A DNA stretch of 56,155 bases from Clostridia bacterium (GCA_030595925.1 JAUVLC010000002.1:1-56155); one strand, 5' to 3'. Positions 29,436-38,288 are shown, counted from the first letter of the stretch. The notes: a model not told the origin generated them from the sequence alone. A program made the numbers and translations.

Positions 29436-29498
29436 ATCGCTTTCCCGTAGATTGCTGTGGGGTTGTTTATTGTATAAGTGGAAAAAGGAATTGGAAAA

Positions 29499-30701
29499 AT
29501 GGAAAATAGAAAAATTTATACTATTACGCAAATTAATCAAATAGTAAAAAATTTATTGGAAGATTCTTTTTTTGAGGTATGGATAGAAGGGGAAATATCC
29601 AATTTTAAATTGCATTCTTCAGGGCATATGTATTTTTCGTTAAAAGATGAAAGTGCTCAAATAAGTGCAATAATTTATAGAGGAATGTCTTTTGCTTTAA
29701 AGTTTGTTCCGGAAGATGGAATGAAAGTAAGGGTTAAGGGGAAATTAACCTGTTTCACTAGGAGGGGGCAGTATCAGATAATTATTTCTTTAATGGAACC
29801 ACAGGGAAAAGGAGCGTTACAGCTTGCTTTTGAGCAATTGAAGGAAAGATTAAAAAAAGAAGGATTGTTTGATGCAGAAAAAAAACAAAAAATTCCTTTT
29901 TTACCGCAGAGGATTGGAGTGGTGACTTCTCCTACGGGAGCGGCCGTAAGGGATATTTTATCCGTAATTGAACGTCGTTTTGCTAATGTGGAGATATTGA
30001 TTTATCCTGTGCAGGTGCAGGGGGATAAGGCGGCGGGAGAGATTTCCGGGGCAATAGATAATTTAAACGGCAAATTTTCTTATTTAGATGTGTTGATTGT
30101 TGGTCGTGGCGGAGGCTCGTATGAAGATTTGTGGGCGTTTAACGAAGAAATTGTTGTCCGGTCTATTTATTATTCTAAAATTCCTGTTATTTCGGCGGTA
30201 GGGCATGAGACAGATTATACTATTGCTGATTTTGTTGCTGATTTACGTGCCCCTACACCTTCGGCAGCGGCGGAGTTAGTCGTAAAAAACAAAGAAGAAT
30301 TGGCTTATCGTTTAAAAAATTATCAGATACAACTTACACAGAATATCAATTATAAATTAAATTCTGTAATGGAATTATTTTCCCGGATTAAGAGGAGTCG
30401 TGTTTTTCTCAATCCGTTTGATTTTATTAACCGGAAGCAACAGGAAGTAGATTATCTCGATGAAGGTCTAAATAGTAAATTCAAATACCTTTTTGCTAAT
30501 AAAGAAAAAGCATTTACTTCTTTGCTGGAGAAATTAAATATTTTAAATCCTCTTTCTGTTTTAGCCCGGGGTTATAGTATTATCTGGAAATGGCCGCAAA
30601 ATACTATTTTAAAAAGTAGTAAAGATGTAAAAATAAATGACAAAATAAAGATAAAACTTCATCAAGGGGAAATAATTTGTAAGGTAAGCCAAAAAACTTA
30701 A
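29499..30701 (+). CDS. xseA: exodeoxyribonuclease VII large subunit
   Basis: N-terminal OB region (TITQINQIVKNLLEDSF..VWIEGEISNFK.HSSGHMYFSLKD) and catalytic region GVVTSPTGAAVRDIL, GRGGGS.EDLW.FN. Confidence 0.93.
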   Translation: MENRKIYTITQINQIVKNLLEDSFFEVWIEGEISNFKLHSSGHMYFSLKDESAQISAIIYRGMSFALKFVPEDGMKVRVKGKLTCFTRRGQYQIIISLMEPQGKGALQLAFEQLKERLKKEGLFDAEKKQKIPFLPQRIGVVTSPTGAAVRDILSVIERRFANVEILIYPVQVQGDKAAGEISGAIDNLNGKFSYLDVLIVGRGGGSYEDLWAFNEEIVVRSIYYSKIPVISAVGHETDYTIADFVADLRAPTPSAAAELVVKNKEELAYRLKNYQIQLTQNINYKLNSVMELFSRIKRSRVFLNPFDFINRKQQEVDYLDEGLNSKFKYLFANKEKAFTSLLEKLNILNPLSVLARGYSIIWKWPQNTILKSSKDVKINDKIKIKLHQGEIICKVSQKT

Positions 30702-30772
30702 ATAAAGAACATTATTTAACTCTGTTTCCCAAATTTATTAAAAATAGAGTTTAATAACCGGAGGAAGAAAAT

Positions 30773-31000
30773 ATGGCTAAAAAAGAAATGCAGTTTGAGA
30801 GTGCTTTAAAGAGATTAGAAGAAATTGTCGGTAAATTAGAGCAAGATGAAAATGTATTGGAGGAATCGTTAAAATTGTTTGAGGAGGGAATAAAATTATC
30901 TACATTTTGTTCCGTCAAATTAAACGAGGTCAAGAAAAAAGTAGAGGTACTTACTACTAAAGAAGGAAAATTGCAAAAGGAAGACTATCTTGCGGAATGA
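30773..31000 (+). CDS. xseB: exodeoxyribonuclease VII small subunit
   Basis: Motif FESALKRLEEIVGKLE....LEESLKLFEEG. Confidence 0.9.
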   Translation: MAKKEMQFESALKRLEEIVGKLEQDENVLEESLKLFEEGIKLSTFCSVKLNEVKKKVEVLTTKEGKLQKEDYLAE

Positions 31001-31923
31001 AGAATTTTAAGGAGCAAAAAATTGATTTAAAACAATATCTGAAGAAAAGAAGGGAAGTTATTAATCAGGTCTTAAACAAGTATTTAAAATGTAATAAGAA
31101 ATCTCCTCGTGCTATTCAGCAATCTATGCGTTATAGTGTTTTTTCCGGGGGAAAGAGATTGAGGCCTATTTTGGTTTTATGTGCAGCGGAGATTTGTGGA
31201 AAAGACGGGTATAAAAAAGCATTGGCGTCTGCGTGTGCTCTGGAAATGATTCATGCTTATTCTTTGGTTCATGATGATTTGCCTGCTATGGATAATGATG
31301 ATTATCGCCGGAATAAATTGACTTCTCATAAGAAGTTTGGGGAAGCAATGGCTATTCTTACCGGAGATGCGTTGCTAACTTATGCCTTTCAGATTGTTGC
31401 GGATGACCTCTGGGTAAAAAAAGAAATGATTAGTGAATTAGCCATAGCAGCCGGTAGAGAACAAATGCTGGGAGGACAGGTAGAGGATATACAAAACTCA
31501 GGATGTAAAGGAAAGAAGATAAAGTCAAAGAACGAAAGGGCAAGGGTTGCCAAAAAAATAAATTATATTCATGACTGTAAAACAGGGTCATTAATAAAAA
31601 CAAGTTTGAAGATGGGGGCAATGGCGGTAAATGCATCCAAAAAACAAATTAAAGCTTTAGAAAAATATGGCGAAAATATAGGTTTGGCATTTCAAATTAT
31701 GGATGATGTTTTAGATATTGTGGGCAACAAAAAAAAATTAGGCAAAAGAGGAAGTGATTTTGATAATAGTAAATTGACCTATCCTTTAATTTATGGAGTA
31801 GAAAAGTCAAAGGAAAAAGCAGTTAAATTAGTAGAGAAAGCAAAGCAAAATTTAGTTATTTTTGGGCAAGAAGCAAATATTTTGAAAAAAATAGCTGATT
31901 ACGTAGTAAGTAGAGAATATTAA
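30997..31923 (+). CDS. ispA: polyprenyl (farnesyl/geranylgeranyl) diphosphate synthase
   Basis: First DDxxD motif (VHDDLPAMDNDDYRR) and second (FQIMDDVLD), with GKRLRP upstream. The ATG overlaps the xseB stop. Confidence 0.9.
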   Translation: MKNFKEQKIDLKQYLKKRREVINQVLNKYLKCNKKSPRAIQQSMRYSVFSGGKRLRPILVLCAAEICGKDGYKKALASACALEMIHAYSLVHDDLPAMDNDDYRRNKLTSHKKFGEAMAILTGDALLTYAFQIVADDLWVKKEMISELAIAAGREQMLGGQVEDIQNSGCKGKKIKSKNERARVAKKINYIHDCKTGSLIKTSLKMGAMAVNASKKQIKALEKYGENIGLAFQIMDDVLDIVGNKKKLGKRGSDFDNSKLTYPLIYGVEKSKEKAVKLVEKAKQNLVIFGQEANILKKIADYVVSREY

Positions 31924-31990
31924 ACCTGTACTTTTTTTAAAAAAATGGGCATAATAAACAAACATAAAAAATAATGAGGGAAAAAACCTG

Positions 31991-32013
31991 GTAGCCGCAG
32001 GCTTTAGCCTGCG
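31991..32013 (+). repeat. REP-like hairpin: GTAGCCGC head, stem CGCAGGC/GCCTGCG, loop TTTA
   Basis: Read directly from the sequence, in the ispA-dxs spacer. Confidence 0.6.
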
Positions 32014-32214
32014 TAGGGAAAGGAGACACAGATTACCTTTAAATAGTTATAATTGATAATTGGTAAGAGTATGCGTTTAAAGGTTCGTTAGGTTTTGATG
32101 TAGAAGAAATTATTATATAAAAACGCAGGCTTCCTCCGGAGGTGGACAAGAAAGCCTGTGATTACCAAAAGATAAAATATTTTGACATTAAAGTGATTTT
32201 TAGGGAGGAAAGAA

Positions 32215-34092
32215 GTGAGCATTTTAGAAAAAATAGAAAGTCCCGAAGATTTAAAATTGATAAGGAAAGATTTATTTCCTGAATTAGCCAAAGAAATTCG
32301 TGAAGAAATGATAAAAACCGTGTCGGTTACCGGGGGACATTTGGCAGGGAGTTTAGGGGTCGTAGAGTTAACTATTGCCCTGCATTATGTTTTTAATGCC
32401 CCTCAGGATAAAATAATATGGGATGTGGGGCATCAATGTTATCCTCATAAATTATTAACGGGAAGAAGAAAACTTTTTTCTACTCTTCGTCAATTTGAAG
32501 GAATAAGCGGTTTTCCGAAAAGGGAAGAAAGTGTTTATGATTCTTTTGGTGTAGGGCATAGTTCTACTTCTATTTCGGCAGGTCTGGGTTTTGCCTGTGC
32601 GAGGGATATTAAAGGAGAAGAAAATAAAGTAGTGGTAGTAATCGGGGATGGAGCAATGACTGGAGGTATGGTTTTTGAAGGATTAAATAATGCCGGGCAT
32701 ATAGCTACAGATTTACTGGTAATTTTAAATGACAATGAAATGTTTATTTCGCATAAGATAGGTGCGTTTGCCGGTTATTTGGCTAAACTGATGACTTTGG
32801 GATTGGTAAAAAAGTTGGAGCAAAAAGCTTATAAATTACTTAAGAGAATTTCTTTTTGGGGGATAAATCTGGTAAGAATAGCGAAAAGATTTAAGGTCTT
32901 GTTATTTCCGGGAATGCTTTTTGAAGAAATGGGGTTTGCCTATATAGGACCTATTGACGGACATGATATTTATCATATGATAGAAATTATAAGTAAGATA
33001 AAAGATTTAAAAGGCCCGGTTCTTCTTCATATTATTACTAAAAAAGGAAAAGGGTATCGTCCTGCGGAAGAAAAACCTACGGATTTTCATGGGGTAGGTC
33101 CTTTTGATATAACTACGGGAACAAAAGAACAAAAGTCCTCCGGAAAAAAAATTCCTACTTATACAGAAGTTTTTTCTTCTACCCTGCTTGCTTTAGCAAG
33201 AGAAAATGAAAAGATAGTAGCAATTACGGCAGCAATGTCTGATGGGACAGGTTTAACTCTTTTCGAAAAGCAATTTCCAAATCGATTTTATGATGTAGGT
33301 ATTGCCGAACAGCATGCGGTAACCTTTGCAGCAGGACTGGCGGCAGAGGGGCTGAAACCTGTTTGTGCTATTTATTCCACTTTTTTGCAGAGAAGTTTAG
33401 ACCAGATTATTCACGATGTTTGCCTGCAGAAATTACCGGTTGTTTTTGCTCTTGACCGGGGTGGTATTGTGGGGGATGACGGGCCTACCCATCAAGGGGT
33501 TTTTGATTTATCCTATCTTAGAATGATTCCTAATTTAATAGTGATGGCTCCTAAAGATGAAAATGAATTACAGCATATGTTGTATACAGCTTTTACTTTT
33601 GATTTGCCTTGCGCGATAAGATTTCCACGGGGAAAGGGAGTAGGGGTTAAACTGGATAACGACTTAAAAAAATTATCTTTGGGCGAAGCAGAAGTTTTAA
33701 CCTTAGGAAAAGATATAAATATTTTAGCAATAGGTAATATGGTTGAGCCTTCGCTTTTGGCTGCACAGAAATTACAGGTAGAAGAAGGAATATCCTGTGG
33801 AATAGTTAATATGCGTTTTTTAAAACCCTTAGATGAAAAAACACTCAATCTGGTAGCCCAAAAAAGTAAAAAGATAGTTACTGTGGAAGAAAATGTTTTA
33901 GCCGGAGGTTTTGGTAGTGCCGTAGCCGAATTTTTTAAAAGTGAAAAAATGCTTATAAAAAGTATTGGACTTCCTGACCTTTTCATCGAACAGGGAAAAC
34001 CTGAAATAATTCGACAAAAATATGGATTGACGACGGAAAAAATTGCTCAGGAAGTGAAGGATTTTTATAAAAATCGTAAAAAAAATGAGTGA
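32215..34092 (+). CDS. dxs: 1-deoxy-D-xylulose-5-phosphate synthase
   Basis: Motifs GGHLAGSLGVVELTIALHYVF, DVGHQCYPHK, GDGAMTGGM and IAEQHAVTFAAGLA. GTG start after GGGAGG. Confidence 0.97.
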   Translation: MSILEKIESPEDLKLIRKDLFPELAKEIREEMIKTVSVTGGHLAGSLGVVELTIALHYVFNAPQDKIIWDVGHQCYPHKLLTGRRKLFSTLRQFEGISGFPKREESVYDSFGVGHSSTSISAGLGFACARDIKGEENKVVVVIGDGAMTGGMVFEGLNNAGHIATDLLVILNDNEMFISHKIGAFAGYLAKLMTLGLVKKLEQKAYKLLKRISFWGINLVRIAKRFKVLLFPGMLFEEMGFAYIGPIDGHDIYHMIEIISKIKDLKGPVLLHIITKKGKGYRPAEEKPTDFHGVGPFDITTGTKEQKSSGKKIPTYTEVFSSTLLALARENEKIVAITAAMSDGTGLTLFEKQFPNRFYDVGIAEQHAVTFAAGLAAEGLKPVCAIYSTFLQRSLDQIIHDVCLQKLPVVFALDRGGIVGDDGPTHQGVFDLSYLRMIPNLIVMAPKDENELQHMLYTAFTFDLPCAIRFPRGKGVGVKLDNDLKKLSLGEAEVLTLGKDINILAIGNMVEPSLLAAQKLQVEEGISCGIVNMRFLKPLDEKTLNLVAQKSKKIVTVEENVLAGGFGSAVAEFFKSEKMLIKSIGLPDLFIEQGKPEIIRQKYGLTTEKIAQEVKDFYKNRKKNE

Positions 34093-34891
34093 TAAAAATC
34101 GTTTAGATAAAGTATTAATAGATAAAAGATTAGTGCAAAGCCGGCAGAGAGCTAAATCGCTTATTATGGCGGGGATGGTTTTTGTAAATGGAAAGAAAAT
34201 AGATAAAGTAGGTACCTTGATTGACCAAGAAGCAGATATTTATTTAAAAGAAAAAGATATCCCTTATGTCTCACGGGGAGGATTAAAATTAAAAACGGCT
34301 TTGGATGGTTTCAAGATAGATGTAAAAAATAGAATTTGCCTGGATGTGGGAGCATCTACCGGAGGATTTACCGATTGTTTACTTCAATATGGAGCAAAAC
34401 TGGTTTATGCTGTTGATGTCGGGTATGGACAGCTTGATTGGAAATTACGTAATGACTGCAGGGTAATAAATATAGAAAAAACAAATATTAGATATTTTAG
34501 TAGAGAGAATTTTTTACAAACCTTAAAAAATAAAATCAATGAAGCTGTTTTGAAAAACTGTGGTTTTAATAATCTTTGCTTTGAGGAAGAGGTTCTTCCG
34601 GATTTAGCGGTAGTGGATGTTTCTTTTATTTCTTTACGCAAGGTTTTACTTCCTGTTTATCAATTAATTAAACAAAAAGCAGAAGTCATTGCTTTAATTA
34701 AACCGCAATTTGAAGCAAGTAGAAAAGAAATAAAAAAAGGAATCGTAAAAGACGAAGAGGTTATAAAAACGGTAGTAGAAGAAATTAAACAATTTTCCGG
34801 TGAATTAAATTTTAAAGTAAAAGGAATTATTGCTGCACCCCTTAAAGGTCCCTCAAAAAACAGAGAACAATTGATTTATCTACAAAAATAG
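34085..34891 (+). CDS. tlyA: TlyA-family rRNA 2'-O-methyltransferase (S4 domain plus FtsJ-like MTase)
   Basis: Motifs RLDKVLIDKRLVQSRQRAKSLI, YVSRGGLKL, DVGASTGGFTD, VDVSFISL and LIKPQFE. Confidence 0.9.
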   Translation: MSDKNRLDKVLIDKRLVQSRQRAKSLIMAGMVFVNGKKIDKVGTLIDQEADIYLKEKDIPYVSRGGLKLKTALDGFKIDVKNRICLDVGASTGGFTDCLLQYGAKLVYAVDVGYGQLDWKLRNDCRVINIEKTNIRYFSRENFLQTLKNKINEAVLKNCGFNNLCFEEEVLPDLAVVDVSFISLRKVLLPVYQLIKQKAEVIALIKPQFEASRKEIKKGIVKDEEVIKTVVEEIKQFSGELNFKVKGIIAAPLKGPSKNREQLIYLQK

Positions 34892-34990
34892 TAATGTCAA
34901 AAATAAAATGATAAAAGCCAAGAAATGTGTTATAAAAGAAGAAAAATAAAACATTTTTGATATTACTACAAAAATAAAAAGGATTAATTA

Positions 34991-35992
34991 ATGAAGGAAG
35001 CCGCCTATTTTTCATTAATCGATACAGAAATTAAAACCGTACAATGTCATTTATGTCCTCATAAATGTATTATTGAAAATGATAAATTAGGGAATTGTCG
35101 GATAAGAAAGAATATAGAAGGGAAATTGTATTCTTTAACCTATAATAAATATGTTTCAGCAGGAATGGATCCGATTGAAAAGAAACCTTTATATCATTTT
35201 TTCCCTGGGTATGAAATATTATCCATAGGTAATGTGGGGTGTAATTTGCATTGCCTGTTTTGTCAGAATTGGGAAATTTCTCAAAAAGGAGTTCAATCAG
35301 GCCGTTTGCGGGAAATAACGGCGGAAGAGACAATTAATTTAGCTCAAAGTTGTGGTTCTATAGGAATTGCTTATACTTATAATGAACCGTTAATAAATTA
35401 TGAATATGTTTTAGAGACAGCGGCGAAGGCACAAAAAAGAGGCTTAAAAAATGTATTGGTTACTAACGGTTATATTAATGAAGCTCCTCTGGTTAATCTT
35501 TTACCTTATATTGATGCGGCAAATATAGATGTAAAGTCTTTCAGAAATGATTTTTATCGGGAATATTGTGGAGGAACCCTTAGTGATGTTTTACGGACGG
35601 CGGAAATTATGGAGCATCATAATAAGCATATAGAATTTACTAATCTGTTAATTGCCGGGTTGAATGACCGGGAAGAAATAATCGAGGATATGGTAGATTG
35701 GATTTATTCTTTATCTCCTGATATCCCCCTCCATTTTTCACGTTATTTTCCCTGTTACAAAATGACGCGTGAAGCAACCCCCTGGCCTGTTCTGGAAAGG
35801 GCAAGAGAGATTGCCTTGAAAAAATTACATTATGTTTATTTGGGAAATGTTGTAGAAGAGAAATCATCCTCGACTTTTTGTCCGGCTTGTGAAGCGGAGC
35901 TTATTGAACGAAGAGGATATAATGTTAAAATAATTAATCTGGAAGACGGGCATTGTAAAAGATGTGGTGAAAAAATTAATATTGTTGGTTAG
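34991..35992 (+). CDS. AmmeMemoRadiSam-system radical SAM enzyme (PflA-like)
   Basis: N-terminal VQCHLCPHKCII..GNCRIRKN, radical SAM cluster GCNLHCLFCQNWEIS and a C-terminal Cys cluster CPAC...CKRCG. Confidence 0.8.
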   Translation: MKEAAYFSLIDTEIKTVQCHLCPHKCIIENDKLGNCRIRKNIEGKLYSLTYNKYVSAGMDPIEKKPLYHFFPGYEILSIGNVGCNLHCLFCQNWEISQKGVQSGRLREITAEETINLAQSCGSIGIAYTYNEPLINYEYVLETAAKAQKRGLKNVLVTNGYINEAPLVNLLPYIDAANIDVKSFRNDFYREYCGGTLSDVLRTAEIMEHHNKHIEFTNLLIAGLNDREEIIEDMVDWIYSLSPDIPLHFSRYFPCYKMTREATPWPVLERAREIALKKLHYVYLGNVVEEKSSSTFCPACEAELIERRGYNVKIINLEDGHCKRCGEKINIVG

Positions 35993-36064
35993 GAAAAGAA
36001 AAATACCTATCAATTTTTCCCCCTGGGGGATTTTGACAAAAGATATCGAATGGTAAATCTGTTC

Positions 36065-36086
36065 GTAGTCGCTCAATTTATTGAGC
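36065..36086 (+). repeat. REP-like hairpin: GTAGTCGC head, stem GCTCAA/TTGAGC, loop TTTA
   Basis: Read directly from the sequence. Confidence 0.6.
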
Positions 36087-36200
36087 AAAAATGTTTAGGA
36101 TTGGGAAGTTTGCCTGTCCGCCAGTCTGTAAGGCGGGAACAAGGGAAAATAAAGGCAAAATATATTTCTCTCTAGACGCATAATTTTACCCTATGGGCAC

Positions 36201-36270
36201 GCAAAAACAAGCTAAAAATGAAAAACTCGCTTTGCTCAAACAGTTCCATTTTTTTTACGCTTGTTTCTGC
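36201..36270. repeat. 70-bp palindromic element (arms GCAAAAACAAGC / GCTTGTTTCTGC, 11/12)
   Basis: Read directly from the sequence. Confidence 0.4.
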
Positions 36271-36321
36271 TAAAATTTGCTATATCGTTCGAAACACATT
36301 TCACCTTTATTTTTTCTGTTT

Positions 36322-36343
36322 GTAGTTGCTCCATTTATGGAGC
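36322..36343 (+). repeat. REP-like hairpin: GTAGTTGC head, stem GCTCCA/TGGAGC, loop TTTA
   Basis: Read directly from the sequence. Confidence 0.6.
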
Positions 36344-36394
36344 TGTCTTTATCTTCTATTTTTTTGATTCATAACTTATAACTGTAGTTCCTGT

Positions 36395-36517
36395 CTATGA
36401 ACTATCGACTGCTGGAGCGGAGCGGAAGTCCACCAATCTTTAGTCCAGATGCCTTTGTGCCTGTCTTTTGTTTGTTGTCTTTTATCTATGGACTATCGAC
36501 TGTGGACTATGGACTGT
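36395..36517 (+). repeat. 17-nt direct repeat CTATGRACTATCGACTG (36395-36411 and 36486-36502); the second copy runs into four tandem heptamers GGACTAT/CGACTGT/GGACTAT/GGACTGT (36490-36517)
   Basis: Read directly from the sequence. Confidence 0.6.
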
Positions 36518-36557
36518 TTTTGTATTTATATTCACATTATTTAGTAAAAAACAAATA

Positions 36558-36591
36558 TTTTTGTAAGATTTTTACTTATTTATCATCTAAT
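36558..36591 (+). promoter_or_regulatory. ECF-like promoter motif, copy 1 (TTTTTGTAAGATTT-N13-CATCTAAT) upstream of the anti-sigma gene
   Basis: The -35-like GTAAGAT and the -10-like TCTAA are separated by 16 nt. Both blocks and the spacing recur exactly at 37101-37134. Confidence 0.45.
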
Positions 36592-36614
36592 CTAAGTGAA
36601 AGGAGAAAAATACC

Positions 36615-37109
36615 ATGAAATGCAAAAAAGCAAAAAAACTAATTTCTTACCAAATAGACGGCCAAATTAAAGCTAATGACCTAAGCGAATTAAAAAACCA
36701 TCTACTCCTTTGCCCTCATTGTAATAAAGAATACAAAGAACTTTTTGATTATAAGAATCTATTTAAGGAAACTTTTGATGATGTTACTCCCCCGGCTCTC
36801 TCTTCCCGTTTTGACCGGGTTTTTTACCGGCGTCTGGAAGAACAAACCATTTTACAAAAAACAAACATATTAGAAAAATTCATCCTACCCTACAAGCGTA
36901 TATGGGCTAAAGCAGGCATATTAGTAACAGCAGCAGTTTTAATCGTCACGCTAATTATTCCCAAAAACAAACCAATGGAAACACCGCTTAAAATGGCTGA
37001 ATCCAATTTAAGTACTTTAATTGAAAGTGCTGTGGCAAAAAGTAATGAAACCGAGGTGAAAAACTTCGTAGATTTACAGGCAAAAGAAATCTTACAAAAT
37101 TTTTTGTAA
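36615..37109 (+). CDS. zf-HC2 anti-sigma factor (single-pass membrane protein)
   Basis: N-terminal C-x28-H-x3-C-x2-C (CKKAKK...NHLLLCPHC) and a TM helix AGILVTAAVLIVTLII. GGAG SD upstream. Confidence 0.7.
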   Translation: MKCKKAKKLISYQIDGQIKANDLSELKNHLLLCPHCNKEYKELFDYKNLFKETFDDVTPPALSSRFDRVFYRRLEEQTILQKTNILEKFILPYKRIWAKAGILVTAAVLIVTLIIPKNKPMETPLKMAESNLSTLIESAVAKSNETEVKNFVDLQAKEILQNFL

Positions 37110-37134
37110 GATTTAGATTATATTAACATCTAAT
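37101..37134 (+). promoter_or_regulatory. ECF-like promoter motif, copy 2, overlapping the anti-sigma stop codon
   Basis: Identical TTTTTGTAAGATTT and CATCTAAT blocks with identical spacing. Confidence 0.45.
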
Positions 37135-37160
37135 AAAGCAAAAGGAGGTGGAAAAAGAAA

Positions 37161-38249
37161 ATGAAAAAGCAAATAAGCAAAAAAGGATTATTTAAAGAAA
37201 TTTTGAAAAAATTTAATCGAAAAGGAAAGGAGGAAGAAATAATGAAGAAAATCAGTAAAATAAGTTTAGTCTGTCTGGCAGTCTTAAGTTTGATAGTTGT
37301 AGGAGGAGTATTCGCCCGGGATTATGATTTGGTTAATGAATACCGTAGGGAAATTCGCCTGAGCAATGAAAGAGCATCAACCCAACGCAGTATTACCGGT
37401 GATACCAGAACTGCAGAATACGAAACAGGGAAAACCATCACTGATGTTAATGGTTACCGGGTAGAAATGGAGCAATATATCGAAAGAACAGACCTTGCAG
37501 CTAACCAGTACAAATTAGTTGTACTCAATAAAAGAACAGAATTACCTCCGGAAAAGCAACTTACTGAAGGGTATTCATTACAAACCTTTAATAAAGACCT
37601 ACCTGATAATTTAGGGGATTTATACGGCAAAATGAGTGGAATAGGTCAAGCACCGGAATACTATGCTACCGATATAGAAACCAGAGTATCCAACCCTGAA
37701 GGTGATAGTTGGCAACACGATTCGGAAGGGGGATTTCTCCACGAATATGCTACAAATGGTAGTTGTAGAGTTCTTTATGAGGTAGAAAAAACATCAGTCA
37801 ATGATATCCCCAAAATAAAAGTAGAAAGGAAAGATTATGATTTTCATCGCGAAGGCAACCAAACTTGGTCGGTGCCTAATAGACAGGGAGAATTAGCAAT
37901 ACTCTACAACGGACAGACAGGCCACCTTGATCTTGCAATATTACCCGCTTTGGATATACATATAAGTGGATCAGAAGCGCACTGGAGTGGAAAATTAATC
38001 TTTGTCGATGGTACTTTTATTTCTCACGAGCATTACCGGATTAACGATAAAGGAGAACCGCTGACCTGGAGAAAATTGTTCGGAGAAGGATTAACCATTG
38101 AAAACTGGCAGGAAGAAATCAGCCAATGGAATAATGAACACATCCTCGGAGCAAGTGAATTTAATGGAAGAAATATCGATATCGTCTGGTCACCACATAG
38201 TCTTGCTCTGGAAGTATTTCGCACTGACATTATTCCAGAAGATAATTAA
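37161..38249 (+). CDS. hypothetical exported/membrane-anchored protein
   Basis: AAGGAGGTGG SD before 37161. A second strong start at 37242 (AGGAGG SD) would begin MKKISKISLVCLAVLSLIVVGGVFA, which is signal-peptide-like. I recognise no motif. Confidence 0.6.
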   Translation: MKKQISKKGLFKEILKKFNRKGKEEEIMKKISKISLVCLAVLSLIVVGGVFARDYDLVNEYRREIRLSNERASTQRSITGDTRTAEYETGKTITDVNGYRVEMEQYIERTDLAANQYKLVVLNKRTELPPEKQLTEGYSLQTFNKDLPDNLGDLYGKMSGIGQAPEYYATDIETRVSNPEGDSWQHDSEGGFLHEYATNGSCRVLYEVEKTSVNDIPKIKVERKDYDFHREGNQTWSVPNRQGELAILYNGQTGHLDLAILPALDIHISGSEAHWSGKLIFVDGTFISHEHYRINDKGEPLTWRKLFGEGLTIENWQEEISQWNNEHILGASEFNGRNIDIVWSPHSLALEVFRTDIIPEDN

Positions 38250-38288
38250 TAGGAGAAAATTTATCTCTATTGATGTAGAAACAAAACA

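Noticed and set aside
36019-36035. CCCCCTGGGGG followed by ATTTT as a terminator for the radical SAM gene.
   Set aside because: With a sterically feasible loop, only about 3-4 bp can pair. That is too weak to call.
29127-36343. The possibility that the recurring hairpins form a CRISPR array.
   Set aside because: The copies are kilobases apart in different intergenic regions and their stems differ between copies. There is no regular repeat-spacer periodicity, and no cas genes are present.
36397-36618. A 73-aa ORF in the repeat-rich gap upstream of the anti-sigma gene.
   Set aside because: It is made of the direct repeats and heptamer tandems, has no SD, and its translated sequence merely reflects the repeats (STVDYGL...).
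37161-38249. An impression that the unknown exported protein gene is compositionally foreign (more GC-rich).
   Set aside because: Hand counts of a few 60-nt windows gave values similar to ordinary enzyme genes in the window (for example dxs). The contrast is only with Lys-rich or AT-rich genes.
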